A stretch of 64,000 bases of DNA, from positions 1 to 64,000 of the forward strand of contig JBEBGD010000015.1 of NCBI GenBank assembly GCA_040081625.1, in the 5' to 3' direction. Below the pieces are notes generated by a model. It was given only the letters and a program-made list of their open reading frames with translations, made no database searches and was not told the origin of the DNA. The position numbers and the translations under genes are program-made. The DNA is from Chthoniobacteraceae bacterium. GTDB taxonomy: Bacteria; Verrucomicrobiota; Verrucomicrobiia; Chthoniobacterales; Chthoniobacteraceae. This document shows, piece by piece, positions 1 to 10,093 of this stretch; positions within the stretch are counted from its first letter, which is position 1; each line of letters starts with the position of its first letter.

Positions 1-765
1 CAGTCGCAAGGGCTCGCCGACCGATTGAACGATGGCGAGATCACGCCGCGGTCGCAGATGATGGGCGCCCTTCGCCAGCGCGAGCCGGCGCGGCTCGCAG
101 CACATGCGGTAGAACCACTCGAAGCCCGAGCGTTGAATCCAGCGCGGCGCCTGCCGCGCGCGGCCGGAGTGAAAATCGAACGCGGCGCCAACGCCGAGCA
201 TCACCGCCGTGTCGAGCTTCGGCAGAAATTCCGCCATGAACCGCTCCTGCTTCGGCGTGCTCAGCCCGATCCACATGAGGTCGGGCTTCCGGTCGCGCAC
301 TAGGTCGATGAGTTGCTTCTCTTCCGTCGCATCGAGCGGGCGAAAAGGCGGCGTGTAGGTGGCGACGATGCGCACGCCGGGAAAGCGCGCCTCGAGCTTC
401 GCCTTCAACTCCTCCGCGACACCCGGCGCGCCGCCGTAAAAAAAGTGCGTGGCCTCGCCGCGCTGCGTGGCTGCGAAAAGCTCGAGCATAAGATCGGGGC
501 CATAGACGCGATCGACATCGCCTCCGACGTAGTGCCGGCCGAGCCACACGAGCGGCATTCCGTCGGTCGTGTTGAGGAAGGCGGCGTTGAGGATGTCGCG
601 CAGCGCCGGATCGTCCTGCGCCTCGATCACGCCGTGGACGCCGCTCACGCACACGTAGCCTTTGCGCCGCTCGCGCAAGGCATCGAGCACCGCGTCGGTC
701 GCGATGCGCAGATTCATCGCGCAGAGCGAGACGCCGAGGACGTTGAAGCGCGGGATGTCGGGCAT
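1..765 (-). CDS. WecB/TagA/CpsF family glycosyltransferase (no stop before window edge)
   Basis: Own translation from ATG at 765: MPDIPRFNVLGV..DGMPLVW..RVYGPDLM..FFYGGAPGV..IGLSTPKQE..LGVGAAFDFHSG..APRWIQRSGFEWFYRMCCEPRRL. Confidence 0.9.
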   Translation of the reverse strand, partial: MPDIPRFNVLGVSLCAMNLRIATDAVLDALRERRKGYVCVSGVHGVIEAQDDPALRDILNAAFLNTTDGMPLVWLGRHYVGGDVDRVYGPDLMLELFAATQRGEATHFFYGGAPGVAEELKAKLEARFPGVRIVATYTPPFRPLDATEEKQLIDLVRDRKPDLMWIGLSTPKQERFMAEFLPKLDTAVMLGVGAAFDFHSGRARQAPRWIQRSGFEWFYRMCCEPRRLALAKGAHHLRPRRDLAIVQSVGEPLRL

Positions 766-774
766 CGGTGATGT

Positions 775-1650
775 CTAGCTGCACCGCCTCGCGACGACGA
801 GCAACTCGTCGGCGCGATCCGCGCCGTGGAAAAGATCGAGCACGCGGAGCAGCGCGAACTCCGCGAGCGCGAGCGGGCGCGTCGCCACGCCGAGCAGCCG
901 GCCGAACCGGAGACGTGCGCGCCACTTCGCCAGCGCGCGCGCGACGAATAGCGGGTAGTGCGCGAAGGCCGGGCTGACCGCGCTCGCCGCGAGCGGCTCG
1001 AAACCATGGCGTGCGAGCAGCTCGCGCGCGGAGCCGGCGCTGAGGAAAAGCGTGTGCCCATCCGGCACCGCCCACGCCCATTGCCCGCGAAAGCGTGCGA
1101 GCTTCCATGCGTCGGCATTTGGCGTGAGGAGAAAGAGCGTGCCGCCGGGGCGAAGCAGTCGCGCGCACGCGGCGAGGAAACGATCCACGTCGGCGACGTG
1201 CTCGATGACGTGCGCGGCGCAGAGCAGGTCGAAGCGCTCGTCAGTCGCGAAGTCTTCGAGGAAGCCGCACCGCGCATCGAGGCCGCGCGCCTGCGCGGAG
1301 GCGATGGCGCTGCGGCCCGGCTCGAGCAGCGTCGTGCGCGCGCCGGTGCGCTCGCGGATGAGTTGGCTGAGCCAGCCGTGCGAGCCGCCGACTTCCAGCA
1401 CAGCGCGATGCTCATCGGCGAGGAAGGGGCGCAGCTTGCGAAAGTAGTCGGGAGCGAGCCGGCGGTTCTTTCGCCCGGCATCCGAGCCAGCGGTGTAGGC
1501 GTCATCATACACTTCGCGCGACTCGCTGAGCGGGCGCACGGCGCAGAAGCCGCACGCGCCGCAACGGTGCATCCACGGCTCGCCGGGGAACGTCGTGCGA
1601 TAAAGCCGCGCCATCTCCGCGCCGCACGCGGGGCAGCTATTGGAGTTCAT
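775..1650 (-). CDS. Class I SAM-dependent methyltransferase with N-terminal Cys motifs
   Basis: CPACG..CGACG, VLEVGGSHG, HVIEHV, LLRPGG, TPN; start reassigned to MNSNSC. Confidence 0.8.
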   Translation of the reverse strand: MNSNSCPACGAEMARLYRTTFPGEPWMHRCGACGFCAVRPLSESREVYDDAYTAGSDAGRKNRRLAPDYFRKLRPFLADEHRAVLEVGGSHGWLSQLIRERTGARTTLLEPGRSAIASAQARGLDARCGFLEDFATDERFDLLCAAHVIEHVADVDRFLAACARLLRPGGTLFLLTPNADAWKLARFRGQWAWAVPDGHTLFLSAGSARELLARHGFEPLAASAVSPAFAHYPLFVARALAKWRARLRFGRLLGVATRPLALAEFALLRVLDLFHGADRADELLVVARRCS

Positions 1651-2515
1651 CGAAGCGACTGCGAAACGTGCGGCCCGTGCCTCCGCCAGCGGGTTCGCCG
1701 CGCAGGCCGCGCCACAGCGCGCGCACGAGATCGGCGCTCGCGCCCCGGCCCCACGTGCGGATGAAGCGCAGGCTGGCGCCGGGGATCGAGCCGCGGACCG
1801 GCGCGCCATGCGGCTGGAGCGCGAGGAAGGCGATGTTCTGCACGAGCGCGGCGTGGCGCAGGTATTCGGCGCGCGGGTCGGACTCGGCGGCGGGCGGCGG
1901 GAGATGCTGCACTTCGATCGACGGGACGAAGACGCCGCGGCCACGCGCGGTGAGGCGCAGCGTGAAGTCCATGTCTTCGCCGCGGACCCAGAAGTCCTCG
2001 CGATGGAAACCCGCGGCTTCGACAGCTTCGCGCCGCGCGAGCAGGCAGATGCCCTGCGCCCACGTGAAGTCCGCGACTTCCGCGCCGAGCCGGCGGCGGT
2101 ATTCGTCGGGCGTCGTGCGTTCGCGGCTGAGGCGGTGCTGCGCGCGATCCTTCAGGCCGGGCAGCCAGCCGACGAGGCCGTCGTCGGCGACGACGAGCGG
2201 GTAGGCGACATCGGCTCGCTCACGATCGAGCGCGGCGATGAGTTGCGCGACGGTGCCGGGCTTGAGCACGGCGTCGTCGTCGAGCACGAGCAGGTGCGTG
2301 AAGTCGCCGCCGATCTTCCACGCGTGCTCCTCCGCGAGGCGCAGGCCGCCGCCGCAGCCGAGGTTCGTTTTCGGCGTGAGCCAGTGCGCGGTGAGCGGAG
2401 TGTCGGCGCCGGAGTTGTCGCACACGACGACGTGCTCGATGCCCGCGAGCGAGGCGAGCAGGCGCGTGAGTTCGCGAGGCCGGCGGTAGGTGGCGACGAC
2501 GGCGACGACGCTCAT
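1637..2515 (-). CDS. Glycosyltransferase family 2
   Basis: MSVVAVVATYRR, VVCDNS, NLGCGGG, LDDDA, EDMDFTLR. Confidence 0.85.
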   Translation of the reverse strand: MSVVAVVATYRRPRELTRLLASLAGIEHVVVCDNSGADTPLTAHWLTPKTNLGCGGGLRLAEEHAWKIGGDFTHLLVLDDDAVLKPGTVAQLIAALDRERADVAYPLVVADDGLVGWLPGLKDRAQHRLSRERTTPDEYRRRLGAEVADFTWAQGICLLARREAVEAAGFHREDFWVRGEDMDFTLRLTARGRGVFVPSIEVQHLPPPAAESDPRAEYLRHAALVQNIAFLALQPHGAPVRGSIPGASLRFIRTWGRGASADLVRALWRGLRGEPAGGGTGRTFRSRFDELQ

Positions 2516-3573
2516 GGCTTGGTGAGCGAGCGCGCGATTTTTCCCTGCCCAACGAGCGCGTGCATGTAGTCGCGGATCTCCGGCCATGCGCGCTCGGGCA
2601 GCACTTTGGTCAGGCAATACGGCTCGGAAAACTTGCAGTAGTCGAAGCACGGGCGCCACGGGCAGATGTCGCGGATGACTAGATGATGCTGGTCGCCCCA
2701 CGGGCGGAACCAGTCGGGATCGGTGGGGCCGAAGACGACGATCGCGGGGCGGCCGCAGCTCGCGGCGATGTGGCCGGGGCCGCTGTCGTTGCAGAGCAGC
2801 AGTTCGGCGCGACCGAGCACATCGACGAGCTCGGCCACGTCGAGCTGCGGCACGACGCTGTCGGCGAGCGGCGCGAGCGCGGAGCCGTAGCCGTCGGGAT
2901 CGGGGATGAGCATGAGGTGAAAGTCGAACTGCTGCCGCAGCCGCTCGACGACGAAGGCGAAATATTTCTCCGGCCACCGGCGCACCGGGATGCGCGCGCC
3001 GGGGTGCAGGCAGATGACCGGCTTGCGGATCGCGGCGAAAAGTCCCTCGACACGCGGCGAGCTGTAGCGCGGGTGGTCGAGGGCGGGTGCGGCGGCTTCC
3101 ATGCCGGGGAGGTCGAGCGCACGGCCGAGATCGCGCCAATCCTCGACGCGGTGCTGCTTGTCGCGCGAGCGGATGAGCGGGTCGGTGAGGAAGGCGCTGC
3201 TGCCGCGGACGGGAAAGCCGAAGCGCGTGCGCGCGCCGGCGAGGAGGAGAAAAAGGTGATCGCGCGGATCGTTGCGCACGGAGATGGCGGCGTCGAAGCG
3301 GCGCTCGCGCAGGCGCGAAAGGAGCGCGAGCAATTCGCGCCAGCGCCAGCGCCAGAGCCTGTATTTGTCGCGGTAGGCGGACCACGGCGCTTCGTAGGCG
3401 ATGAACTCGATCGTCGGAAAAGTCGGCGCGAGCAGCGGCTTGGCGTGGGCCTTGCCGACGAGCGTGATGTCGAAGCGCTCGACGGCGGCGCGCAGCACCG
3501 GCGTGGAGAAGGTGAGGTCGCCGAGACCCCAGAGTTCGAGGACGAGAAGTTTCGGGCGGGTGGCGGTGGTCAC
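2512..3573 (-). CDS. Glycosyltransferase family 9 (heptosyltransferase-like)
   Basis: LGDL, LHPGA..RRWP, NDSGPGHIAA, VFGPTDP..FRPW, CPWRPC. Confidence 0.88.
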   Translation of the reverse strand: MTTATRPKLLVLELWGLGDLTFSTPVLRAAVERFDITLVGKAHAKPLLAPTFPTIEFIAYEAPWSAYRDKYRLWRWRWRELLALLSRLRERRFDAAISVRNDPRDHLFLLLAGARTRFGFPVRGSSAFLTDPLIRSRDKQHRVEDWRDLGRALDLPGMEAAAPALDHPRYSSPRVEGLFAAIRKPVICLHPGARIPVRRWPEKYFAFVVERLRQQFDFHLMLIPDPDGYGSALAPLADSVVPQLDVAELVDVLGRAELLLCNDSGPGHIAASCGRPAIVVFGPTDPDWFRPWGDQHHLVIRDICPWRPCFDYCKFSEPYCLTKVLPERAWPEIRDYMHALVGQGKIARSLTKP

Positions 3574-3660
3574 GCGGCGTGCCGACAATGCAGCACCGGG
3601 CGGCGAGGAAAACGCAAATCTCTCGTCGCGATGAAGCGGCGCGCCGGGTTTTCTTACGTC

Positions 3661-5016
3661 ATGAAGCCCGCCCTCCTCGCGTTCCTCCTCGTTTCATTCG
3701 TCGCGGAAGCGGCCACGCCGTTTCGACTCGCGACCTTTTCCGCCGACGTGACGGTGCCGCCAGGCCACGGGATGATGGGCGGCGCGTGGCTTTCGAAGTC
3801 GGTCGCCGATCCGCTCAGCGCGCGCGGCGTGGTGCTCGTGGGGGATGATTTCGCGCCGGTGGTTTTCGTGTCGGTGGACTGGTGCGAGATCCGCACCGAC
3901 GCGCTCGCCCGGTGGAAGGGCGCGCTGGCCGTGGCGGTGGGCACGCGACCCGAGCGCGTGATGGTGTGCGCGATCCATCAACACGACGCGCCGGTCGCCG
4001 ATCTCGAGGCCGAGCGCATCCTGCGCGCGCACGGCGCGGTGGGGACGGTGTGCGATCTCGATTTCCACGAGGAGGCGGTGCAGCGCGTCGCGGCGGCGGC
4101 GCGCGTGGCGCTGGCGAAGGCGCGGCCGGTGACGCATCTCGGCGCGGGGCAGGCGAAGGTCGAGCGCCTCGCGTCGAACCGGCGGTTCGTGACGCCGGGC
4201 GGCATCGTGAGCTTCGCGCGCGGCAGCCGCACGACCGACTCGGTGGCGCGCGCGGCGGGTGAAGGCGTGATCGATCCGTGGCTGAAGACGCTGAGCTTTT
4301 GGGATGGCGACACACCGCTCGCGGCGATCAGCGCGTATTCGGTCCACCCGATGAGCTATTACGGCGGCGGCGAAGTGAGCGCGGATTTTCCCGGCCTCGC
4401 GCGGGCGCAGCGCGACACGGAGACGCCGGGGATGATGCAGATTTATGCTAGCGGCTGCAGCGGGAATACGACGGCGGGCAAATACAACGACGGCCCGCCC
4501 GGAAGCCGCGCGGTCCTCGCGTCGCGCCTGAGCGATGCGATGCGCGCGGCGTGGGCCGCGACGACGAGGGAGCCGCTGACGCGCGCCGCTTTCCGCGCGA
4601 CGCCGGTGCGACTCGAGCCGCGCGACGGACCGGGCTGGAGCGTGGCGGAGCTGAAGGCGAAGCTTTCGGCGCCGAAGCCGTTTCATCAATGCCTCGCGGC
4701 GATGGGCCTGAGCTGGCGGCAGCGCGCGGATGCGGGAGCGACGATCGACATCCCGGTGCTCGATCTCGGCAAGGCCGCGCTGCTCGTGCTGCCGGGCGAG
4801 GCGTATGTGGAGTATCAGCTCTTCGCGCAGGAGCAGCGGCCGGGCGATTTCATCGTGACGGCCGGCTACGGCGAAGGCGCGACGGGTTACATCCCGACCG
4901 AGCAGCACATCGCGGAGGGCGACACGAATCTCGGCGACTGGTGCTGGGTGGCGCCGGGCGCGGAGCCGCGGCTGAAGGCGGCGATCCGCGCGGCGCTGGG
5001 GCCGGGGCGGCAGTAG
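3661..5016 (+). CDS. Exported protein, neutral/alkaline ceramidase-like family
   Basis: Signal peptide; FSADVT, DPLSARG, HQHDAP, YSVHP, SADFPG, LPGE, GYIPT. Confidence 0.6.
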   Translation: MKPALLAFLLVSFVAEAATPFRLATFSADVTVPPGHGMMGGAWLSKSVADPLSARGVVLVGDDFAPVVFVSVDWCEIRTDALARWKGALAVAVGTRPERVMVCAIHQHDAPVADLEAERILRAHGAVGTVCDLDFHEEAVQRVAAAARVALAKARPVTHLGAGQAKVERLASNRRFVTPGGIVSFARGSRTTDSVARAAGEGVIDPWLKTLSFWDGDTPLAAISAYSVHPMSYYGGGEVSADFPGLARAQRDTETPGMMQIYASGCSGNTTAGKYNDGPPGSRAVLASRLSDAMRAAWAATTREPLTRAAFRATPVRLEPRDGPGWSVAELKAKLSAPKPFHQCLAAMGLSWRQRADAGATIDIPVLDLGKAALLVLPGEAYVEYQLFAQEQRPGDFIVTAGYGEGATGYIPTEQHIAEGDTNLGDWCWVAPGAEPRLKAAIRAALGPGRQ

Positions 5017-5022
5017 CGGAAC

Positions 5023-5247
5023 TTAAACCTCTGCCATCGCCCGCACACGGGGCTCGGGCAGCGACTCGCCTTTTGCCGTGCGATGCGCGATCTCGTCGCG
5101 CACGATGGCGCACAGATCGGCATAGACCGCTTCCTCGGAATCGCCATGGCACACGCCGCCGAAATAGAGATCAGGGCAGAAGCCGACGTAAGCGTGGTCT
5201 TCATCGGACCAACGCACGAATCGGTGGTAGCGATCAGCGGGTTTCAT
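5023..5247 (-). CDS. Short HicB-like antitoxin-domain protein (orphan)
   Basis: MKPADRYHRFVRWSDEDHAYVGFCPDL..GVCHGDSEEA..GESLPEP fits the HicB N-terminal pattern. Confidence 0.75.
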   Translation of the reverse strand: MKPADRYHRFVRWSDEDHAYVGFCPDLYFGGVCHGDSEEAVYADLCAIVRDEIAHRTAKGESLPEPRVRAMAEV

Positions 5248-5288
5248 CGAGCGGTTCGCGAATCTTGCGCGGCACTGGAAAGTTTCTG

Positions 5289-6953
5289 TTACGAAGCCGG
5301 AGCCTCGATGCGCGGGAAGATGGGAGTGGGGATGCCGAGGATGTGGCCGTCGGGCAGGCCGCCCCATTGCGCGGCGTCGAGGGTCATCGGGCCGGTCCAG
5401 TTGAGCTGCGCGAAGATTCCGGCGGCGGCTTTCGGGAGCACGGGGGAGATGAGGATGGCGATGATGCGGAGGGACTCGGCGAGCGTGTAGAGGACGGCGT
5501 CGAGCTTCTCTGCCTGACTGGAATCCTTGGCGAGTTTCCACGGGGCGCTCAATTCAACGTAGGTGTTTGCGACTCCAGCAAGGTGAGTGGCGTGAACCAA
5601 CCCAAACTGCGCTTGATGAGCATCCATATCTTCGGGAAAAAGATGCACCCTTGACTTGATTGCAGCGATTACGTCGAGCGAAGCGGGCGGATTGCCCGTG
5701 TCCCAAACAAGGTGTGAATCCCAAACCGGCGGACCCTTTACTTTCCCCTCCCGATATTTCGCCGCCATGCTCAGCGTCCGGTTCAGGAGGTTGCCGAGTG
5801 AGTTCGCGAGGTCGGCGTTGTAGCGCTGGATGAGGCGTTCTTCGTTGAAGTCGGCGTCCTTGCCGGTGGCGATGTCGGCCATCAAATAATACCGGAGCGC
5901 CTCGGCGCCGTATTTGTCGGCGAGCGCGTCGGGATCGACGACGTTGCCTTCGCTCTTGCTCATCTTTGCGCCGGCGATGTTCCACCAGCCGTGGACGAGG
6001 AAGGTGGGCATTTCCTCGTCGGTGAAGCCGAGCGCTTTCAACATGATGGGCCAATAGACGCCGTGGGCGGGGATGAGGATGTCCTTGCCGATGACGTGCA
6101 GCGGCGGCCACCAGCGCTGGAACTCGGTCTTCTCACCCGCGGCGCGCTCGGCGTAGCACGCGTCGTGGCCGGGGGCGTAGGTGATGTAGTTCACGAGCGC
6201 GTCGAACCACACGTAGGTGACGAAGCCGGCGCCGAAGGTCTCGGGGAAGGGGATGCCCCACTTCAGCCGCGCGGCGGGTCGCGAGATGCAGAGGTCGCCA
6301 TCGAGTTTCTCGACGGCGTTGCGCAGCTCGGCGACTCGGAAATCCGGGACGACGAGCGGGTGGCCGTCGGCGCTGCGCTTGTCGATGAGGGCGAGGAGCC
6401 ATTGCTTCGGGTCGAAGCCGAGGTCTTCGTGGGCGGTGAGGCGGAAGTAGAAGTTCTCCTCTTCCCGCTCCTCGACCGGCTGCCACTCGGGGCCGAACTC
6501 GCCCTGCTCGTTGCGCTCCTTGTCGGTGAGGAATTGCTCCTGCCGCACGCTGTAAAAGCCGCGCTGGGTCTTTCTGTAGATCCAGCGGCTGCGGTCGGTG
6601 CCGGGCACTTTGTCGTCCCAGAGCATCTGGAGATTGGAGCGGACGCATTCCTTGTGGACGGCGTCGGTGGTGGCGGCCCAGCCGTCGTAGCGGACGTCGA
6701 GCTTCTCCCACAGCGCGGTGAACTTCCCCGTGATCTCATCGACGAACTGCTGCGGCTCGATGCCTTTTTTCTCGGCGCTCTGCTGCACCTTCTGCCCGTG
6801 CTGGTCCACGCCGGTGAGGTAGAAGGCGGGGTCGCCTTTGAGGCGGTGGTAGCGCGCGAGCACGTCGGCGAGCACCTTTTCGTAGGCGTGGCCGATGTGC
6901 GGCGCGCCGTTGGTGTAATCGATCGCGGTGGTGATGAAGAATGGGTCGGCCAT
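5289..6953 (-). CDS. metG: Methionyl-tRNA synthetase
   Basis: FFITTAIDYTNGAPHIGH, YVWFDAL, IGKDI, KMSKS, LANSLGNL; start MADPFF. Confidence 0.97.
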   Translation of the reverse strand: MADPFFITTAIDYTNGAPHIGHAYEKVLADVLARYHRLKGDPAFYLTGVDQHGQKVQQSAEKKGIEPQQFVDEITGKFTALWEKLDVRYDGWAATTDAVHKECVRSNLQMLWDDKVPGTDRSRWIYRKTQRGFYSVRQEQFLTDKERNEQGEFGPEWQPVEEREEENFYFRLTAHEDLGFDPKQWLLALIDKRSADGHPLVVPDFRVAELRNAVEKLDGDLCISRPAARLKWGIPFPETFGAGFVTYVWFDALVNYITYAPGHDACYAERAAGEKTEFQRWWPPLHVIGKDILIPAHGVYWPIMLKALGFTDEEMPTFLVHGWWNIAGAKMSKSEGNVVDPDALADKYGAEALRYYLMADIATGKDADFNEERLIQRYNADLANSLGNLLNRTLSMAAKYREGKVKGPPVWDSHLVWDTGNPPASLDVIAAIKSRVHLFPEDMDAHQAQFGLVHATHLAGVANTYVELSAPWKLAKDSSQAEKLDAVLYTLAESLRIIAILISPVLPKAAAGIFAQLNWTGPMTLDAAQWGGLPDGHILGIPTPIFPRIEAPAS

Positions 6954-7086
6954 GCGGAGCGCGGACTTTGGGGGCGGGGCGGCTGCCCGACAAACGGATT
7001 TACCAGCTTGACGCTGAGGCGCGTAAACGGTTGTATCCGCCCCTTCCGACTGGGAAACCCCGGTCGAATAGCAGCCCAACCATCTG

Positions 7087-9384
7087 ATGAATTTACGAAG
7101 TCTTCTCTCCCTCTGCCTTGCACTGGCGGCGTTCGCCTTGCCCGTGTCCGGTGTCCGAGCCCAGGCGCCCGCGGCTCCGATCGTCAAGGAGATCGAAGTC
7201 CAATACGCCGGTCCGGCGAGCATCTCGAAGGAGAAGATCCTCGCGAACATGCACACGAAGGTCGGCAAGCCTTACGACGACAAGGTCGTCGAGGAGGACA
7301 TTCGCAATCTTTACGCGACGGGCAGCGTGACCAATGTGCGAATCTTCGGCGAGTCGATCGACACGGGCGTGAAGGTGATCGTGGTGGTGATGGCCAAGCA
7401 GTCGATCAGCGAGGTGATCATCAACGGCGCAACGAAGGTGAAGGCGAGCCGCATCCGCAAGGAGCTCAGCGCGAAGCCGGGCGATCCGCTCAATGAATCC
7501 GCGCTCGAGGCCGACCGGCAGAAGCTGATCACGTATTACAACGAGAAGGGCTTCGGCGAAGTCGATGTGCAATACGTCGTCGAGAGCAACGAAGAGAAGG
7601 GCACGGCGAGCGTGACCTTCAACATCAACGAAGGCGGCAAGCTGTTCATCCGGTCGGTGAAGTTCGAGGGGAACCAGAACGTGAAGACGGTGGACCTGAA
7701 GAAGATCATCAAGTCGAAGCCGAAGTTCTTCCTCGATTTCCTGAGCAAGGGCGGAAAGGTGAACACCGACCAGCTCGCGGACGACCGCAACGCGATCAAG
7801 GATTTGCTCCAGAGCCGCGGCTACATCGACGCGGAGGTGGGCGACCCTGAGATGGGGCGCGACGGGGCGAAGGTGGACATCACGTGGCGCATCACCGAAG
7901 GGCCGCAATACAAGGTCGGGAAGGTGAATTTCGAGGGCGTGCAACTGCTGCCGATGGACAAGCTCGAGAAAATCCTCAAGACCCGGGCCAGCGCGGTCTA
8001 TTCGCCGCAGAATGTGCGCTCGGACATCAAGGCGATGGAGGATCTCTACGGCGCGCTGGGTTACGTGGACCTTCGGATCGGCGCGGCGGTGACGCCGGGG
8101 TCGGGGCAGATCGTCGATGTCGAGTTCAAGCTCGAGGAAGGTGTGCAGAGCTACGTGGAGCACGTGAACATCCAGGGCAACACGCGGACCAAGGACAAGG
8201 TCATCCGCCGCGAAGTGCTCGTGGCGCCGGGCGACGTGTTCAACACGGTGCGCGTGGACGCGACCAAGCAGCGGCTGCTCAATCTCAACTACTTCTCGAA
8301 GGTCGATGTGTATCCGAGCGAGACGCTGGTGCCGGGGCGCAAGGACTTGAATATCTCGGTCGAAGAAAAGCGCACGGGTTCCTTCAACTTCGGCGCGGGC
8401 TTCTCGTCGATCGACTCGCTGCTCGGCTTCGCGGAAATCACGCAGGGTAACTTCGACATCAAGCGCTGGCCTTACTTCACCGGCGGCGGGCAGAAATTCC
8501 GGCTGCGCGCGCAATACGGCCTTCGCCGCAAGGACTTCATCCTCGCGCTCACCGAGCCTTATTTCCTCGACTACAAAATCAGCCTCGGCGGCGAGATCTT
8601 TTACCGCGACGCGTCATTCGTCTCCGACGTGTATAACGAGCGCCGCTACGGCTTCGCGCTCAACGCGCGCAAAGCCATCACCGACTTCACCTACGCGCGC
8701 TTCGGCTACCGGCTCGAAAACATCGGCATCCACAATATCGATGAAGGCGTGTCGGAGGAGATCAAGAAGGAGGAAGGCGACAAGCTCAAGAGCGAGCTGA
8801 CCTTTGGGTTGACCTACGACACGCGCGACTCGGTCTTCCTCACGCGCAAAGGCGAGCGGATCAACTTCGACACGTTCATCGCGGGCGGTTTTCTGGGCGG
8901 CGACATCCAGACCTACGGCTTCAGCCTCGAGGCATCGAAATATTTCCATCTGCCTTACGACACGATCCTCACCATCAACGGTGAAGTCGCGATCGTGGAG
9001 ACATGGGGCAGTGGCCTCGATGTGCCGATCTACGACCGGCTCTACCTCGGCGGCTCGAACAACCTGCGCGGCTTCCGCTACCGCGATGTCGGCCCGAAGG
9101 ACATCGACGGCGAACCGATCGGCGGCAACACGCTCGCGCGCCTGACCGTCGAGTGGACCTTTCCGATCGTGGAGAAGATCCGTGGTGCGTTCTTCTACGA
9201 TGTCGGCGTGGTCGATGGCGGCGGGGTCTCCGACTCCGGCGGCGTGAATAGCGACGTGGGCATCGGCGTGCGGCTCGACCTGCCCATCGGGCCAGTGCGC
9301 ATCGACTACGGCATCCCGATCACGAGCGATCGCTTCAACGATTCGAGCGGCAAGTTCAATTTCAACATCGGCTACCAATTTTGA
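7087..9384 (+). CDS. bamA: Outer membrane protein assembly factor BamA
   Basis: POTRA repeats, GNTRTKDKVIRRE, LRGF, C-terminal FNIGYQF. Confidence 0.96.
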   Translation: MNLRSLLSLCLALAAFALPVSGVRAQAPAAPIVKEIEVQYAGPASISKEKILANMHTKVGKPYDDKVVEEDIRNLYATGSVTNVRIFGESIDTGVKVIVVVMAKQSISEVIINGATKVKASRIRKELSAKPGDPLNESALEADRQKLITYYNEKGFGEVDVQYVVESNEEKGTASVTFNINEGGKLFIRSVKFEGNQNVKTVDLKKIIKSKPKFFLDFLSKGGKVNTDQLADDRNAIKDLLQSRGYIDAEVGDPEMGRDGAKVDITWRITEGPQYKVGKVNFEGVQLLPMDKLEKILKTRASAVYSPQNVRSDIKAMEDLYGALGYVDLRIGAAVTPGSGQIVDVEFKLEEGVQSYVEHVNIQGNTRTKDKVIRREVLVAPGDVFNTVRVDATKQRLLNLNYFSKVDVYPSETLVPGRKDLNISVEEKRTGSFNFGAGFSSIDSLLGFAEITQGNFDIKRWPYFTGGGQKFRLRAQYGLRRKDFILALTEPYFLDYKISLGGEIFYRDASFVSDVYNERRYGFALNARKAITDFTYARFGYRLENIGIHNIDEGVSEEIKKEEGDKLKSELTFGLTYDTRDSVFLTRKGERINFDTFIAGGFLGGDIQTYGFSLEASKYFHLPYDTILTINGEVAIVETWGSGLDVPIYDRLYLGGSNNLRGFRYRDVGPKDIDGEPIGGNTLARLTVEWTFPIVEKIRGAFFYDVGVVDGGGVSDSGGVNSDVGIGVRLDLPIGPVRIDYGIPITSDRFNDSSGKFNFNIGYQF

Positions 9385-9443
9385 ACGGATCGCGCGTCGC
9401 GCGGTCTGTGGCAGCCCCCTTTCCACCTGACTCCACCTACCTG

Positions 9444-10085
9444 ATGAAATACCTCGTCCCATCATTCCTCGCCGCCGCCCTCCTCGCGTTTGCCGGCACC
9501 GCCCACGCTCAATCCATGGTCAAGATCGGCACCGTGGACATGAAGAAAATCTTCGAGGGCTACTACAAGACCAAGGACGCCGAGCAGCGCATCAACGAAG
9601 CGCGCAACCAGGCCAAGAAGGAACTCGAAGAGCGGATGGAGACCGGCCAGAAGGCGATGGCCGAGGTCAACAAGCTCAACGCGGAAATCGACAATCCCGC
9701 GCTCAGCCGCGAGGCCAAGGAGACCAAGAGCAAAGTGCGCGACGAACGGCTGGCTGAGCTCAAGAACATGGACCGCGAGATCACCGAGTTCCGCCAGACG
9801 CGCGAGAAGCAGCTCCAGGAGCAGAGCGGCCGCATGCGCCAGGGCATCGTCGATGACATCACCAAGGTCGTGGGCGAGAAGGTCAAGGCCGAGAGCTTCG
9901 ACCTCGTCTTCGACAAGTCCGGGATGAGCTTTAACGGAGTCTCGGTCGTGATGAACGCGAAGGAGTCCTACGACTTCACCGACTCGGTCATCACCATCCT
10001 CAACAAGAACAAAGGCAGCGAGCCACCGCCCGCCGCGGCTGTCGAGAAGCCGGCGCCGAAGGCCGAGCCCGCGAAGAAGAAATAA
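9444..10085 (+). CDS. skp: Skp/OmpH periplasmic chaperone
   Basis: Signal peptide, KIGTVDM, coiled coil, FDLVFD; lies between bamA and lpxD. Confidence 0.9.
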   Translation: MKYLVPSFLAAALLAFAGTAHAQSMVKIGTVDMKKIFEGYYKTKDAEQRINEARNQAKKELEERMETGQKAMAEVNKLNAEIDNPALSREAKETKSKVRDERLAELKNMDREITEFRQTREKQLQEQSGRMRQGIVDDITKVVGEKVKAESFDLVFDKSGMSFNGVSVVMNAKESYDFTDSVITILNKNKGSEPPPAAAVEKPAPKAEPAKKK

Positions 10086-10093
10086 CTACCGCC

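Noticed and set aside
6470..6560. Cys-free knuckle region in MetRS
   Set aside because: Zinc-less MetRS knuckles are a known subtype.
6954..7086. Possible ncRNA, riboswitch or promoter (TTGACG near 7008) between metG and bamA
   Set aside because: No recognisable RNA motif and no convincing -10 element.
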